A DNA stretch of 64,000 bases from Azolla caroliniana (taxonomy: Eukaryota; Plantae; Polypodiophyta): the NCBI GenBank assembly GCA_043228905.1, contig JBHGNT010000005.1, positions 4,464,001 to 4,528,000 on the forward strand, in the 5' to 3' direction. Made by a program: the position numbers and the translations under genes. How positions within the stretch are numbered: position 1 is the first letter of the stretch; each line of letters begins with the position of its first letter. Under the pieces are notes generated by a model. The model ran no database searches and was not told the origin of the DNA. It saw only the letters and a list, made by a program, of their open reading frames with translations. Shown piece by piece: positions 62,859 to 64,000 of the stretch.

Positions 62859-62910
62859 GAGACCAAGTGGTCATGGGTTCAACCCCTACATCCCATAGTG
62901 GCATTTAGTG
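62617..62910 (+). mobile_element. tRNA-like SINE head interrupted by a compound (TA/TG)n-(GA)n microsatellite block
   Basis: GGATGTAGCTTAGGTGGTAAGG (A box) ... GGTCATGGGTTCAACCCCTACATCC (B box); GGATGTAG and CTACATCC are complementary. The repeat block at ~62656-62855 lies between the boxes. Confidence 0.55.
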
Positions 62911-64000
62911 AAATAAGAGATATCTATGGAGTAATAGATAATAGCGTAAACGACTTACCACTAGGGTAAGCTAATTACAATAAAAAAGTTCATAACCAAC
63001 TCACTTATTTCTCTTATGATCAACATAATAGATCATTTGTGAGAAATATGATGTCTTGATAGATGGGCATTGATAATTTAAGTGTTATACCCATATATCG
63101 ACCAAGAAGGGTGAGTGCACATGCGCACATTATTTTCACATAAAGAGTTTTTATGACAAAGTAATAATTCCCTTCTTACGAAAAAGTCACATATATGGTG
63201 ATATCTTGATTTTGTCCCATAGGTATAATTTTGCCTCCAGCTGGACATTAAAAACATATTCTAGTCTATTTATGTGTGTGTGTGGAGGTAATGGTTTGCT
63301 TTGCTTGTGACCTACAAAGTGAGGAGCGTGCTATCTAAGTAGAGAGTGGGTGAGTCAGAGAAACTCGTGTCTTCTTTTTAGTACCTCGTCATTAATAAAT
63401 AACATTGGTTCAATCAACTCCTTACAATATTTGATACACGTGTTAATAATTGCGATTGAACCAACAATAAACTTATTTCTTTGCTTAACTTACATCACTT
63501 TAGAATGAACATAAGATAGCTTTAAGGCTTGAAAATATACACGATTGAGATTGATTATCTGTAAGCCCATGTTGTAACTGAAGTAACTTTGCATTTTGAC
63601 ATCCATGAATGCGTAACTACTTGATGATGTATCGCAATTGACATTGAACATCCAAAAGCTCTTCATCATGTGGTATATCCATCAATAATGAATTACATCT
63701 TATAATGACATATGAAATTTGACCAATTAAATGTTGGCGCCTTTGAGCATTAGACCATCCATACATACAAATTTACAATGTATATATTTGATGCAATTTC
63801 CCATGCCCCCCCCCTTCCCTAAAAAACCACATGTTTTGAAAAGGCAACTAGTTTTTATTCCATATGTCATTATATGAACCAAATAAAGAATGAAACAGTG
63901 TACAGACGAGTTAAAACGCATAGTTGCATGGTTCATAAACTCAACAACAGGTATTACGGGAAATGTGGGGACATTTGGGGGTTTCTAAAAGTAGAGAAAC

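Noticed and set aside
62617-62894. Functional intron-containing tRNA gene
   Set aside because: The insert is far too long and repetitive for a tRNA intron, the arms are imperfect, and a diverged relative at 45944 points to a repeat family.
62599-62969. ORFs rich in YI/ER repeats; likewise the HT- and F-run ORFs at 49829, 59862 and 48241
   Set aside because: Translations of microsatellites.

Overview
AT-rich land-plant nuclear DNA, probably a fern or another non-seed vascular plant (inference from TE-filled introns and the PLS-PPR sequence style). I could reconstruct three spliced host genes exon by exon with GT-AG junctions in consistent phase: a CRAL-TRIO/BCH (GDAP2-like) protein (+, 7982-19327), a long-chain fatty alcohol oxidase (-, 25597-28966) and phytol kinase VTE5 (-, 43691-48344), the last with a decayed tandem copy downstream. 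Most of the rest is transposon-derived. There are three Ty1/Copia elements: one in an intron, and a very young one with identical LTRs nested in an older one. There are also several LINE fragments, hAT-type MITEs with 8-bp TSDs, tRNA-like SINE heads and many tandem duplications. The most unusual items are: (1) a Penelope-like retroelement 3' end with no C-terminal GIY-YIG, a degenerate hammerhead-ribozyme-like motif and a (TC)n junction; (2) an 87-bp TG...CA fold-back mini-element with a 5-bp TSD whose arm is identical to the end of an LTR-like element 61 kb away; (3) a PLS-PPR/E-domain retrocopy with an 18-bp TSD inside a Copia; (4) a possible phytol/lipid-alcohol gene neighbourhood. All calls are by eye; no searches were run.
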